In this document: positions 30,540-49,500 of the stretch, in pieces
Numbering within the stretch: position 1 is the first letter of the stretch
How the letters are laid out: every line of letters begins with the position of its first letter
Source of the DNA: the human T2T-CHM13v2.0 reference genome, Homo sapiens
Reading direction: 5' to 3' (one strand)
Length of the DNA: 64,000 nt
Assembly: GCF_009914755.1 (NCBI RefSeq)
Contig: NC_060926.1
Translations under genes and position numbers: made by a program
The notes under the pieces: generated by a model
The model's database searches: none
What the model was told of the DNA's origin: nothing
Seen by the model: the letters and a program-made list of their open reading frames with translations, nothing else

Positions 30540-31640
30540 TTGTGGTAAAGTAAGAATAGAAGAAAATTGCCTTAATATGATTAACAATGATCATTCTCAA
30601 TAATAATAAAGTTATACTGATTAATATTTAGTATTAATGCATTAAAGGCATTATATTAATACAAAATTATTAAAGAATAAGAGAAGCATATCAGGTATTA
30701 CAAAAATATTTTTGTGGCAATAAAATTATTTTGAGGATTCTAAACAATATAATAAGAAAAGAAAAAAAACCCAAAAGGAATATTTTGTAAAGGATGGGAC
30801 AAAACTATTATTGTTTTGGACATATTTTTTATTGAGAAATTCCAAAAATGAACTGAAAACCTTTCTGAAGCAATAAGAAAGTCTAATTAGATATTCAAAA
30901 TCAATTAATCAACATACAAAATCCCATACATATGTGTTTGCATGTAAATGTTTTCCTAATATCAGTAATAACAAGTTAAAATACAGAATATAAAAGTTGC
31001 TATCACAGTAGCAATGAATCAGCAATATACGAAGCCTGGGAATGAATAAGCAATCTGAAAGAGTCTATAAGAAGAACACTAAAGCTTTGCTAAAAGTTGA
31101 AAAGAAGACATCATTAAATTATAATAGCATTATTAACAGATTTGTCCAAGTATATTACATCATATTAAAATAGTTATTAAAAGTAGCAATAGGACAATAA
31201 TGTAAAAATATGACAAAAAAACAAAGTGGAGAGTCAAAAACTATGAGGAAAGGACAAATCATTGAATATTGCATATGCTATCAGGACTTGGAATATTCAT
31301 ATAAAAAAGATTTAAAGTACTACCTTTCAACATAATAAATTCCACAAAGATTCAAAGATAAAAAGTTTTAAATCTTTAAAATAATAGAATAAGACATATA
31401 CTATTTTTGCCATTCTAGGATTAAATTTTTTTTCCAATCATGACACCAGAGCTAGAAATCATAAAGTAGAGAAATGCCAGATTTGAAAAAATAAGACTTT
31501 TAAGACTTTCCTATGACAAAAGACCCAGTATGTGAAGTTAAAAAAAAAAAAAAAAAAAGTAAACTAGGAAAAATAGCATTTATGGTTATAAAGCATTATA
31601 CTTTTCAAATATAAATTCTTCTTACAAATAAATAATATTG
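30540..31640 (+). mobile_element. Highly diverged L1M/L1ME ORF2 fragments
   Basis: A-rich, with atgacaccagagctagaaatcataaag...ctatgacaaaagac. Confidence 0.55.
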
Positions 31641-31919
31641 ATTTTATTGAGTAAGGTGTTTGGATACTTTTGTACTTTATATACCTTAAAATATTTTAAT
31701 ATTTAAAAAGAGTAAATTTCTTAAGATCCAGGGATTTTGTGAGGGCTAGATGCTGAATGAAAGACAATTTATCAACAGGGCAGAAAATAGAGGATTGGGC
31801 TTTGAGGTGTTGATCTTTATCTTCCCTCCTCAACTCTTTACTGTCTCCACTTGTCCTTCATTGTCCACTTGTCTCACTCTTCTGAATGGCCACTACATGA
31901 ATTAAGATGCATATTATTC

Positions 31920-35524
<3,605 letters not shown>

Positions 35525-36139
35525 GAAAGAGGAGAAATATGCAGGAAGAGGGTCTTTGTTCGTTTCCACAAGCAATATTCTAACCTGTCCCCAAATATAT
35601 ATTTTTCTGTTAATGAATAATACTTACAGTATTGTTTTCAACATAATTCCATTGTATGGACTATCATCATATATTTAACCATGACCTCAGGTCCTTAGAT
35701 ATTAAGTATGTGAAATGGATACTTGCCTTTTGGCTATCACCCATCAACTCTGTCTTCTTTTTGTAACAGCCCGCATATTGTCTTTTGTATAATTTCTTCT
35801 CCCCCAAGTTTTATAAGCTTATTGAGAGTATAAATGAAGAGTCCTGCCCATACAACCTCTGAATCAGAGAGTTTTTTTGGTTTTTGTTCTTTTACATTTT
35901 TAGTATCACAATAGGAAAACAGAATAAAATATCTTACTGTAGTGTGTTTATTCTAGCAGCTGTAGGGCCTTGATAAGACTGAGTTGTTTCTGCTACTCAA
36001 CTCCCAGTGATACCTTGTTTTTCTTTCCGTGCCAGGTTCATTAGCCTTCCTGTCAATGCTGCAAACTTCTCAATATCTTTCAAATATATTTATTTCCTGC
36101 TTAATGTAGTCAAGATTGGTTTATTTGAAGCATAACCAA

Positions 36140-36730
36140 AGAACTTGAACTAATGGGAGCTGATATTATAGACAGTGCTGGTATGATCATTCTTGTAACT
36201 AAATCTTTGCGCAAATTATACTATCAGATATATTCCTAGCAGTAGAATTGCTGAGTCAAACACATGCATATTTTGAAGACTTTGATATGATCTGCTAATG
36301 TGTTTTTTTTGGAAATACATATTAATATTATACCTACCAGCCATACCTGGAAGCCCTCATTTCTACTCTACTATGCCAATGCTATATATTAACATATTTT
36401 AACTATTTTTTAAAATTTGAGATGAATTATATGCTTACATTTAATTTGATTACTAATAAAGTTGGACATTTTTTCATATTCTTATTGGTATTTTTAAAAC
36501 ATCCTTTTTATATAATCTTTGATTTTTTTGATGTTTGTGTTTTACTGATTTCTCATATATGTTGTTAACATTTTCTCAGCTTTTAAATGTATACACACAA
36601 ATATACATAACAAATTATGCAACTTAAATTTTATGTATTTGAATCAATCACCTTTGTTTTTCTTTATGTATTCTATCATATTTTGAAAGACCATTTTCAA
36701 ATCATGGTTGAATAACTGTTAATCATTTTT
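36140..36730 (-). mobile_element. Old L1ME fragment
   Basis: attcctagcagtagaattgctgagtcaaa...tttgattactaataaagttggacattttttcatatt. Confidence 0.6.
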
Positions 36731-37019
36731 CTTTTTCAAGTCCTACACATTATAATTTTGATGAAAACTAAATGTTAACCTTTTGCCAATGATAGTGGTG
36801 AATTCCTGCACTTGCCTATGTATCTTGGGCCATGTGACTTACAATACTTTCTTACGGTAAGATTTCTGTGCTACCCACAGGTTATCAAGTGATCATTGTA
36901 TTTAAGACACATATCTTATGAATTATGTATTATTACTGATTGCTAAAGTTGAAAGAAGTTAATTAACAAAGCTAGCAAGTGGTACAGTAGGCATGCAAAT
37001 CTCATCTTTTGACAGTAAG

Positions 37020-37465
37020 TTCAGTGCAAAGCACATCTTAATAAATGTGAAATATTCTGCAAATTATTTAAGCTCTCTGGGCCTTGATTTTTTCATTTGA
37101 AATTTGGAATAATAACTGTAACCTACATGAGTCAAGGTTTATCAGAGATAGCAACGTAACAGAGTGGTTAAAAGCGAGGCATCCTTTGCCTGGTTGCCTG
37201 GGTGTGAATCCTGGTTCTGGTACCTACTGGTATGAATTTGTCCATATTCTCAATCTCCCTGTGCTTCATTTTTTTAATATATAAAATGAGCATGATAATA
37301 ACAAACCTACCTCATAGAGTTGCTATGAGGTGTAAATGAGTTATTATCTGTGACACTGTAGAAGCCTATCTGGCAAAGGGAAAGTGCAAGATCAGTGTGT
37401 TTTCCACTAACTCATATATAGCACTAAGAACATGGCCTGACACTTAATAAGCATTCAATAAATAC
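37020..37465 (+). mobile_element. MIR fragments
   Basis: agagtggttaaaagc...gggtgtgaatcctggttctgg...acctacctcatagagttgctatgagg. Confidence 0.75.
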
Positions 37466-39029
37466 AAATAATGCCACCTCAAATGATTTCCTATATCAAA
37501 GCCACTGCCAATTCAAGAACTGCAAACTAAAAATCCTATACACGATGTTAGGTTAAATTAACATGCTTTGTGATTTTCCTTCAAGATTTCTCTTTTTCTT
37601 ATAGTTTATTTAGGAAAAAATTAGGGAGAGAGGAAGATTGATGAAGGAAGAAAGGGAGAAAGGAAGAAAGGAAGGGAGAGAGTGAAAGATCAGTTGATCC
37701 TTTCCTCCCTGATCAAAGGAACGCATAAGCAAACTTCATCAACTTAGTTTCGGAAACACACCTCATAAGGACAATATATTTCCTGACCTGTTTCCAATTC
37801 CTATCTCTTCCCTTACCTGCACATTGTTGGAAGTTATCTTCACTCCTGTCACTCAAGTCCCCATGAAATAGATTTAAGTTTCATGAGCAGAGAGCAAGTA
37901 CAGGGTAGTATTTCCTTGTTATTTTATATAACAAGGGTATATAACTGGGTAGTACTTTCTTGTTATTGTTATATTGTGCCTCTTAAAGAAATAGCTTCTT
38001 TTCTTATCCTCTTCAAAATCCCAGTGTGAATATTTCATTTTAATGTCTCTAAATTATACTGAATAAAAAAGCCTTTGGTATTCTTCCCAAGATCCTAAAT
38101 CTATTTTTAACATGCAGCTACTACCTTTTATGATATCATTTTATATATTTTAAATGGTTATCGTGGTCTTGACTATTTGTCAAACAACCCACTAAGTACT
38201 GACAAAGCCCAAGTGTTCCTTATAATATGTGTCTCAAGAAGGTCTTTCTTATAAATACAAGTTTTCTCCTTAAATCTCCTTTAATTTTCCCCCACAAAAA
38301 TGTTGATTCAATTACCACATTTAACCATAGCAGTACTGTAAATAGTCCATCATGTAGGTGATGCTCGTTGAATCATGTATTTTGAGGCCATAGCTAGCAG
38401 GACAGTGGCTATAATAATCGATCTCTTGTTCTGAAGTCCACAATCTATAACACCAAACTGCAAAGGGAATGAAAAGTACTAGTGCTCAGATGTTCTTAAG
38501 TTTTGCTCAACACAGGACATAGAAAGAAATTAAATAGTAAATAACCATTATTTCAAACTGAATCTACCAGGAACCCAGAGAGGCAGTGGGTATTCATGGT
38601 GCGATAAGGGAAACACTGAAAAATATAAAATATCTTCTACTTCCAAAATAGATTACAATTCTGTAGTGGGATAAACAAGTGACTAACCAAAGATAGACTA
38701 TGATAAATACCCTAAGGGAGAAACTAATAAGTTAATTAAGTGTTCAAAGGAGGAAGTGAGTACATCTGTTGAAGGCAAAAAGAGCAGGATTTATCAACAG
38801 CATGAACCTTGGATGACCTTCAATTTTACATGAGGGCTGGAAATCAGGATTTTTATGCCGAACATCCTTTGTTAATGTTGGAAATTTGTCTTTAAAAATC
38901 AACATGTAGTGAAACAAATATATGGGCTGAATTTGGTCCAGTAACCATCAAGGTACCCTGTGTGGGACACAACAGAGACTATATCTGGAAGTACCATAAG
39001 AAGCAGCAGCACAGGATTTGGGATCAGAT

Positions 39030-39308
39030 TGCGGAAAGTTTTCCTGCATTTAGGATATTATCCTTAATAGAGTAGGAAATGGGAACCACTGAGGGGTTGT
39101 TAACAGAGGCATGAAATGAAATTACTAAAACAATGCTTAAGAAAGTTGAAATTAGCAGCAGTATGTAGATTGGATTGGAAGGCTGAATTGAAAGGAAAGA
39201 AGTCAATTTGGAAGCTATTGTAATAGACCAACAGTAATACAATCCAGGGTGACAGAAGCAGCAATGGAGAGAAGACACAGGGATGGTGGCTAGAATGTAC
39301 AAATACAT
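39030..39308 (-). mobile_element. L2 remnant (donor of the local duplication)
   Basis: aatgggaaccactgagggg...gcagcagtatgtagattggattgg...ggaagctattgtaata. Confidence 0.6.
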
Positions 39309-39351
39309 GCAAAGTTCTTAGCATCCTGTTCATGTTAATCCTTTCTTCCTA

Positions 39352-39785
<434 letters not shown>

Positions 39786-40054
39786 CTAGCTTAAAATGTG
39801 GTTAGGGTAGTCCTTGTAGGATTGTTAGATTCCCTGACTTTCTCTTTCTCTTCCTGTATATATATGAAACTGTTCTCTGTCACAAAGTAGGCATTATGAT
39901 AAGTGGTCACCTATTTAAAACAATACAAACCACTGGAGTAGATAATCACTTTTCATGTATATAGCATCTACCTACTGACTGCTTTTACCAATCCTATTCA
40001 CCTCCCTCTTTAAAATTGTCCCATAAAATGTAAGACTTCAAATTATATTGTGCC

Positions 40055-40146
40055 ATATATATATATATACATATATATATATACACATATATATATATAC
40101 ATATATATACATATATATACATATATATATACACATATATATATAC

Positions 40147-40179
<33 letters not shown>
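40055..40179. repeat. (TA)n/(TATACA)n microsatellite
   Basis: About 125 bp of alternating purine-pyrimidine. Confidence 0.97.
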
Positions 40180-40747
40180 GCGCCACACAATATATGAGAG
40201 ATACAATTTCAAAGAAAAGAGGATTTCCACCAACCCTTTGGTGAGAATTACTTTTTCTTCATTACCTTTGTAAGTTGGAAGCTAACTTTCAGCCACAACA
40301 TAGGCTGATAGAGAAATATAGATTTTTTTTCCTAAATATACAGGTACACACACACTACAAATATACTATAGATAAAATATGGCTACTGCTCTAAATTGTA
40401 AGCTCTTGTTTTCATTTTATTGATTCCATAATACCAAGTAGAGTGTGTATTCATAAACCTCACTTAATATGTTCATGTTTTCATTATACCGAAATAAATT
40501 TCTCCTATTTGAAGTTCCCCATTCTAAGATTTTTGAAAAAAGGGACTTGACTCAGTGGTATGGGAAAGAGCAGGACAAGAACACTTTATTCTCTCACCTA
40601 TTCCTTTTATTACCCTTTAAATCAGAGGCGTCTAACTCCCTCCTCCCTCAAGGTACCCTGAACCCATGTCTAAGGTACCATGGTTGTTTGCTATGTAACC
40701 ATTGCCTCGAGGGGGATTTACAACTCAAAGTGTTCAGATCCCACTTG

Positions 40748-41043
40748 CTTTTTTTTTTCTTTTCTTTTTTTTTGACAGATTTTGCTCCATTGTCCAGGCT
40801 GGAGTGCAGTAGCGTGATCTCGACTCACTGCAAACTCAACTTCCAAGCGATTCTCCTGCCTCAGCCTCCCAAGTAGCTGGGATTACAGGCACACACCACC
40901 AAGTCTGGCTAATTTTTATATTTTTAGTAGAGACAAGGTTTCACCCTGTTGGCCAGCTGGTCTTGAACTCCTGAACTCAAGAGATCTTCCTCTCTCGGCC
41001 TCCCAAAGTGCTGGGATTACAGGCATGAGCCACCACACCCAGG
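40748..41043 (-). mobile_element. AluS
   Basis: Antisense dimer with a small internal deletion. Confidence 0.9.
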
Positions 41044-41345
41044 ACTACTGGCTTTTTTTGTTTAATTTAAATCAGCATTTATTGGGTGTTGCCTGTATCC
41101 AAGAGAGCCAGGCATCCTGGGCAGACAGAAAGGTAAATTAGACCCCTGCATTTTGTACTGTACCATTAACAAAACAAATCTAGAAAATCTTAGGAACAAT
41201 TGTTAAGTGTTACAATTGTCAATTTTAGCTATAAAAAATGATAACTCCAATATGTCTTTCGAATTAAGGAGATAAAATAGCTGCAAAATATAACTTAAAG
41301 TTTAAGAAATATTTAACTTGTTAGCTCTTAACAGAGATTTTACTT

Positions 41346-41551
41346 ACAGAGGCAAGAAATGAAATTACTAAAACAATGCTTAAGAAAGTTGAAATTAGCA
41401 GCAGTATGTAAATTGGATTGGAAAGCTGAATTTAAAGGAAAGAAGTCAATTTGGAAGCTGTTGTAACAGACCAACAGGAATACAATCCAGGGTGACAGAA
41501 GCAGCAATGGAGAGAAGACACAGGGATGGTGGCTAGAATGTAGAAATACAT
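41346..41551 (+). repeat. 206-bp direct copy of 39103-39308
   Basis: Ungapped alignment with 8 mismatches counted by eye. Confidence 0.95.
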
Positions 41552-41677
41552 ACTTATGGTGATTTCTATATGAAAGTTTATACACTTGCCAAAAAACACA
41601 ATTTTGCTTTGACATAATTGTTGAGTTTCTTGGACAGAAACCAACCAACAAATCAACCAACAGGTTCAGCTGCTTAC

Positions 41678-41855
41678 TCAGCCACTCCTGGTTCAAATAA
41701 ACCTGACGCATCTTTTGTGAAACTTGATTCATCTTGGCATTTATATCTAGAGTATCCCTTATCTCCCAGCATACCATATGAACTTTTTGGGTTCTGTCTT
41801 TGTGCTGAATTAGGGATTCTCTTTGTATCCTCATTAGTTAAATTTGCTATCTTGC
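41678..41855 (-). other. Candidate 178-nt exon (lncRNA or decayed gene)
   Basis: tgtgtatttttgaag|GCAAG ... GGCTGA|gtaagc; unique, non-repeat-looking sequence. Confidence 0.45.
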
Positions 41856-41949
41856 CTTCAAAAATACACATTTAACAATTCTAATCTAATAGTAATGAGG
41901 GGTCTAGAAGAAAAGTCCTCCCATTTTAATTACAGAAAATTTCTGGGGT

Positions 41950-42074
41950 TCTTTTTGGAGATAGGGTCTCACTATGTTACCCAGGCTGGTCATGAACTCC
42001 TGGCCTCCAGGGATCCTCCCACCTCCAACTCCCAAAATGCCAAGATTACAGATGAGTGCCACCACATCTGGCCT
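41950..42074 (-). mobile_element. FLAM (free left Alu monomer)
   Basis: gagatagggtctcactatgttacccaggctggtcatgaactcctggcc...ccaccacatctggcc. Confidence 0.85.
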
Positions 42075-44429
42075 AGAAAAGGGTTTTGATTGCATAATCC
42101 ATTCACTACTTTTCATTGAAATTACTGGACCCTTAAACTGTGAAATCATATCTCTTTTAAGAAAGTGATAACTTTTTTACATGTATATTACAAAAAAAAA
42201 ATTAGGGATCAAAAATGTTGCAATTGTTATTTTAAAGTAGGTGATTGCCTTTTGAATCTTTTATTTTTGCAAAATTTTCTCTTCTTGATGTTGTAGGTGC
42301 CTATGGTGCACAGAGCACAAAGCATTGAGTAACACTGAGTAGTATAATGTAGACCATACAATATAAAGAAGGAGAAATGAAAAGAAATAACTAAGGGAAA
42401 ACAATAGTAGCAGCTAATGAACTAACTGTGGTTTATAAGACAGATAATTTTGGGAAGGAATGGTAATATGGTATTGGAGGAATAAAAGAGTTACCCAAGA
42501 AAGCACAAATCTCTCTACTTAATAACCAGAATAGTGTTCACTAGACTACAAATTATATTTCTTGGGGGAAAATGATAACCTATCTCCCATTAAACATTGA
42601 TAAATTAGCCTAAGTTTAAAAATGATAAAGCTAAGTTACTTTTATATTCTGTTTCAGGAAATTAAATAGGAAAATCATTTTCTCACGAATGAGAACTATT
42701 CTTTCCTTCCAAGTTTATTTGTATTGTCATTGGATAACTCTGAATAAATTAAAACAAAAATAGCAAAAATAATATGGAAATAATACTGGACTTTGAGACT
42801 AAAGATTTTGGTTCCCTTGCTGGATCTCTGCCTAGTATTGTGTGATTTTCATCTTATGACTTAACTTCGTCAGCTTCAGTTTCTCCTACTATAACAAATG
42901 GGGGAAAAAAAATAATGTAAAAGATGTTAAAAGATAGAGCCAACTGATACCTTTGTATTCCCAGCACATAACAGAATGCCAGAAACATAAACAATGTTTA
43001 ATAAGTACATTAAAAATAAATTTATAAAATGGGCATAAAATCACTTTGCAGCATTGGTATAAAGATCAAATGAAAGCAATCAGATGCAATGATTTTTAAA
43101 TCTGGAACATTTTATATGTAAATAAACATATAAACATATAAAATATTTCAATGTTATCTCATGACTAACAAAATGTATTTTATATTGCATAAAGTTTTGT
43201 AAACAGCCTTAATTTATTTTTAAATATATTCTCAGTATGTATATTTAATGTTACATATATATACATATTATTCAATTTATCTAAGCTCTCATGTCCTCAC
43301 CTGTAAATTAAGGCCTTGTGTTAATTATCTTCAATAATCTATTCTAGTTGTATCTTTTACAGATAATTCGTGATATAATATTTTATATAAATATTAAATG
43401 AATTTATTACATAAATAGATTAAATATTAGGCAAATTAGAATTTTGTTTCACCTAAATAGTATTTTTAAGTAAACATAAATGTCACATGACTATTTTTTA
43501 TCTCATGGAATACTTGATTTATTATAATATAGAAACAAAAATTACAATAAACCTATCAAAACCCAAAATTCTAAAAACTATCAACATTTATGCAAAAAAC
43601 ATTCAAAAATTATACAAAGCCAAAATTTCAAGACATCTATCAAAAACTTTATTAATCATTGACAATGAGATAAAAATGGTCTGATTTGCTTTTGAAAGTG
43701 AAGAAATCGTGTTTGACAAAAACTGAGCATACGTTTTGGGAAATAATGAGAAACAGAACTGTTGGGGAAAATAGAATATAATAATCCCTTGAAAAATTGT
43801 AAACAGGAATAACATATCGGCATGCAGCGAGGCCAGAGTTAAGGAGAACAGCTAGGAAAGAGTTGCAGTCACTAATGTGGCACTCGTGGGAACCTAAAAG
43901 GGGTATTATAAGAGACCAATCCTGCAGATATAACTAATATATGATCCCTCATTTCTCTCTAATCAACCTAAAAACATGTCTATTCTTATCTTCCTTCAGA
44001 TCCAGTGACATAATTTTGCAGGCACTAGATGTCACTGTTCTACTTAAGCAAAATAAAATCTAGTCATTCTCAAGTCGTAATTGCATCTACCTGTATGTAA
44101 ATCTGAGACTGCTTTGTTTCAGATCATTTCATAAATCACTAGGGATTTGTACCTACTGCAATCCGAAGAAGAACCAGCTCTGTAGTTCTCTGACAATTTC
44201 TAAGAGTCTTTTTTGCACAGAACAAGTAAAATAAAAAATTTAATTCTACAGAAAAATGAGAACAAAATAAAACTAGAATCCCTTCTTCAGCATTTGTCTA
44301 TAACCTATTTGTCTTGTTAAACTATCTATAGAGAACAATGTATAATTTTTTATTTTTATCTGTCCAGGATCCATAGTTGCACCTTTGAACTCTACTTTGA
44401 AATTCCCAACTGGGGCTAATCATGAAGAT

Positions 44430-44860
44430 ACCATATTGTTAGTTTCATGCTAAAATCCTAAGGGACTAATCTGTCTTCTCTCTGCCTGCTGAGTTAAGTT
44501 TGCTCAACTCAAAGTCCCACTCTTTGGGACTTTGAATCTTGAGTGAATGGTGCAAGGACATAGGACTGTTGGAGGTGGGTTTTTTTTTTTTTTTTTTTTT
44601 TAGGAGCCGTGTGGGATGCTAGGCTGGTCAGACTGACTGCTCTTGCTAGGGGACTCTCACCGTACTTCTTGTGGCTGATTGGTCTAGAGCCCCCTTGATT
44701 CCCAGGTGTTTCTAAACCTGGGCCTCAGCTTCTTGTTGAGTCTATGACCTACCTACCCTAACACCACCACAACCCCAACACACACATGATAGCCTTACAA
44801 TAAATCTCCTTTTCCTTATGGTAGCCAGGTCAGATTTTGTTGCTTGCAACTACACAAAAC
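44430..44860 (+). mobile_element. ERVL LTR (LTR16-like)
   Basis: gggactttgaatcttgag...; 3' end aataaatctccttttcctt...gttgcttgcaac. Confidence 0.6.
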
Positions 44861-45019
44861 AAAACAAAAACATAAATCCACATCTTGAAAAACAACACAA
44901 GTTCTTTGTGATATAAAACTATCAGCTTTGCCTTGTCAAGCTCACACTTGTTGAACTTCTGGGGTTGGGAGAAGCATAAAGGAATAGGTTCTCAAGAAAG
45001 AAATTTACAAAATATATAC

Positions 45020-45162
45020 CTGGTCACGTAAGACCTTGATTCTAAACTCTAGCAGATGTTTTTTCCTGGAAGTATCCAGGCAGTTAATTATCCCGAATCT
45101 CTAAGATTCTAGTTTTTGGACACCAGTCTTTGTATACTCTACTTGGCATCATCTTGGGAGAT
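45020..45162 (-). other. Candidate 143-nt exon; stop codons in all three frames
   Basis: ctttttcatttccttcag|ATCTC ... GACCAG|gtatat. Confidence 0.45.
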
Positions 45163-46187
45163 CTGAAGGAAATGAAAAAGAAAACAACAGTATTGTGAAA
45201 ATTACTGATAATAGAGGCAGCTGTCAGGGGATCCATGGAAACTGCAGGACACAGGCTGGAATTTTACAACTGACACACGGCCCAGCAGCATGGAAAGAAA
45301 ACTGACTTGGGTGCAGCTTCCTGCCAGAATTATGTCTGTTATGATTTTTTCTGAGAGGTAGGAAGGTAAGGGACTTCGGCCACAGGCACACCAGGTTTCT
45401 ATCCCCAACTCAGCTAGTTGTTAGTCATACTAACTTAAAACAATGTACTAGTTCTCTGATTCCCAATTTTTTTTTCTTGAAAATAATGTCATTTCTCATG
45501 GAATTGCGAGGCATACATGGAAATGGTATTTCATTCCCTCTTCTCTGTCTCTTCCCCCACTTTTTCTCACTCCAAGGAACCTGGTCTGGAGATGTCAGAT
45601 GTGGGTAAGCCAAATAGGTGACTGACAGTGAATGGATTGTGAAAAGGAATCACACGTGCAGCACTCTGGGACAGTCATAGGATTACAGTACTAACTTTTA
45701 GAGCCTGAGAGAATCTTACTGATCTCATACATTTGAGGAAGGAACCAAAGCTGAGAATTTTAGGGTATTTTCCAAGCTAATTAATAACCAGAAGCATGTA
45801 TTTAACAAGGGCCTTATTTCATACAAATTTCCAGTCCATTTTTATATTACTAAAAAATATGATCTGAAAATGCGATCCATTAAAAAAATTTTTGTGACAT
45901 AATGACCCCGTCCGAGAGCATTTGAATTTTAAAGTACTGACAGGCAGATGAATATAAAATATTATTTGGGTGGTGTTTTTTTACACAGGGGGCATCCCTA
46001 GCTATCTTCAAATAACATAATGCAAGTGTCCACCTATCTGAACAGGCGTAACAACTGGAGTCTGCAGAGACTGCAAAGGCAAAAATATCTGAAGGTTCAT
46101 TTCTTTTCTTTTCTATATTTTTTCAGTTTTGAAAATTAGAAAATACAGAAAAGTATAAAGAAGAAAATAAAAGTCTTTCTAATTTGA

Positions 46188-46582
<395 letters not shown>

Positions 46583-49500
46583 GTTTTCTCTCGCTCTTGC
46601 TCTCTCTATGAATATTTCACAAAAATGTGATTATGCAATGCATATGCTTCATAACCCTTCATACTTAGGTCAGATTCAAGGCAGGGTTAATTTCAAGTGA
46701 GTAATAACCAGAAAATTCACTGTATTTCCTAGTTTATAAAGTAATTTCTGGTACATTAGCTCATTTATAGTTTTTAACCATAGGTCTTTGAGAGGGAAGG
46801 CAGCAAATTATATATTTTTTAGAAAAGGGTGGAGTTACATCAATAAGCACAAGTCTCTCCTTTTATCCAGAAGGATCATTATAGAGAAGAAAATACTAGG
46901 ACAATGGAGAGTGATTCTTTGCACTCTATATGAAAAAGTAAAATATTCCTCCCAATAAATATTGGTTTCACAAGGAAAAAAAAGTTATATTATGTCAGAT
47001 AAAAGGTGACTAGTAGGGAAACAGAATGTATAATGCCATGCAGCCCTGGTGTCTCACTATGTTGCACAAACGTGGCATTAAATATCTATAGTAAAGTAAT
47101 ATTAATAGTTCCAAAAAGGCAAAGAAATTTTAAATCTTCTGTGCATATTAGTCTAGAAATATAAAGGGTAAATAAAAGAGAAAGAGTGAAATTCAAAGAT
47201 AGACACGAATACACTTTAGATGTTAAAATAATGTGTATGTTTGATTATAGAAGTGAATTAGTCTTCAGTGTTGCCTTTTAAAAAATTTTTTTAAAGCGTG
47301 TATATTCAATGAAGCCAGCAGCCACATTTGTCTGGTATACTGGTGTATCTCGAATGCTTATACCTTAGAATGTCTCTAGTACTTAGCACTTTCCTGCAAC
47401 AAAGGAGCTGCTTAAATATGTTTAACAAATATATTCACCTCATCATATTTTCACAAAATAAGAAGAATAGAAGTAACTTAAATAGTCCATATTCCAAAAA
47501 TAGCATATTTATGACACTAAAATTAATTTTAATTTTTTAAAATTATGCATCGATTCATGAACATACACTTACAATATTTTTAGAAATCCCACTTTCTACA
47601 ATGCATTATGCTGTATGCAAAGGAAAAGCAGACACTGTTCCTGCCTTCAAAGAGCAGAATCACCGATTAAAAATGTGTCTGACATTCTGAGAAATATACC
47701 TTTGAAAGTAAATAATGAAGCTATTTAGAAAAGACTCAGCTTTTAACATCTGGCCGGCAAATTTCTCATTTTGCTTCCCATTAATGGACCCTTTCCTGAT
47801 TTTAACTTCATGCTGGGACTTCATGACTGGGCTCTCGGGATTCTTAATGCATAATAGATTTAAATTTATGTTAAAGAAATGGATCCAGGACTTCAAGGGA
47901 AATCTGGTTGGAACTACATATGGTAAGTGAGATTCTAAATCTATGATAAGGAAAAGGTGGATAAAATACTGGGTGGATGGGGTAGAGACACCTAAGACAG
48001 TAACAAGCATAAACAGGGAAGATCAAAGGTTATAAAACAAATACTTACTTATCTTATAATTTACCTATAGTTTTCCCTGCTGGTCAATGTAGGTTGGCTG
48101 ACAATGAAATGAGATAAAATACACAAGTTTCTTAATTTTCACACAGTGCCTAATAGGAAAAATCTTAAAGAGATATTTATTGTATTTCCATGTGTGTTAT
48201 ATCATAAAATGTTATTGAAACACTTTTAAAATCTATGGCCAGGAATCATTTTGAAATGATTGGGAACTCTATACTGTTTCTCTCATTCCATCAAATGAAA
48301 TTTCTTCTTTTCTGTTTTTATGTGTCCTATCATTTATTATACTGTATTGGAGAACAAACAGAACATCTAGCCTTTTTTGATTAATGGTATAAGGACTAAC
48401 AACTGAATGAGGAAAATCATTTATTAATTGCTATAGATAGCAAACAGTATAGATTTTCAAGTACAGTAGCTTGTCCTAACCCTGCCCACAAGCAAGAGAA
48501 AGCCTCAGAAGGAAGCTGATAGAACATTTGCAGAAAAAAAGATCAATGTTAACAGTGTTATGGCATTCCTCAGCACACTGTGGCACAAAGGTCATATAGA
48601 TTCTCAGCCAAGGCAGAATATCTTAAAAATTTCTTGGAAGGGCAAGGCCAATACTTATTTAAAAAATTAAATATAAGGTAATGCTGAAGACTTTTATATG
48701 TTCTGCTAGTGTGTGTATTTGTGTGCCTCTGTAAGGTTGAATAGAGCTGAAGAATTAGTTTTGTTTTCTAAGGTAACTCGTTTAATTTGATTTTTTTTTA
48801 AAGATAGTAGCCACAGAATCCCGCGAAATCCAATTTTCTGTCCATGTTTCTAAAACTCTTGATGTTTATGATAAATTTATTGCAAAGGATAGAAATGTAT
48901 TACTGTGCTTTCCATGCACAAAACTCAAATCATTAGAAAAGGATTTAGTTAAAAGAGGCCACAAAAAGTTCTATTGGGAATTGAAGTTTGGCCTTGGAAT
49001 GGATGTGGGATAAGGAATACAATTCTGACATTCTTCTCATTCACAAGCTACATTTATAATTAATATTTAAAAGTTTCTAATTAAAAATGAAAATACAATG
49101 ATTAATCATCTAAATTGATTGTGGTGAGGGGAAGGAATAGAAATGTGTATGCTTCTTTTGGGGATTACATCATACACACTTTCTCATGGAAGGCTGTAGC
49201 TCTTAGTTTTTCAATTATTCTTCCATCCTCTACCTTTCAACCAACGACATCAAATACAGCAACACTGATCATCTGTGATGGATTTATTTTAGTGACTCTT
49301 CACTTAGCCCAAATTGCTTCTGCCCACCACTGGAATTACAGATATGTTGCAATGGGCCAAGACACTTGGTCATAAAACAATTCCTTCTCAAAGCCCACAA
49401 AAGAATGATCAGGAATACAGCAGGGGAGAAGATAGTGAAAAACAATGCTGGGTTCTTGAGAATACACCTGCTACATTTTTCTATGGTAATCTATTCTTCC

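Noticed and set aside
39994-40244. YI/HI-repeat ORFs
   Set aside because: Translation of the TA/TATACA microsatellite.
47660-48010. Overlapping 116-aa (-) and 71-aa (+) ORFs with nearby donor motifs as an upstream coding exon
   Set aside because: Weak acceptor; the frame needed to join the 45-kb exon has two stops; no recognisable homology. A non-coding exon cannot be excluded.
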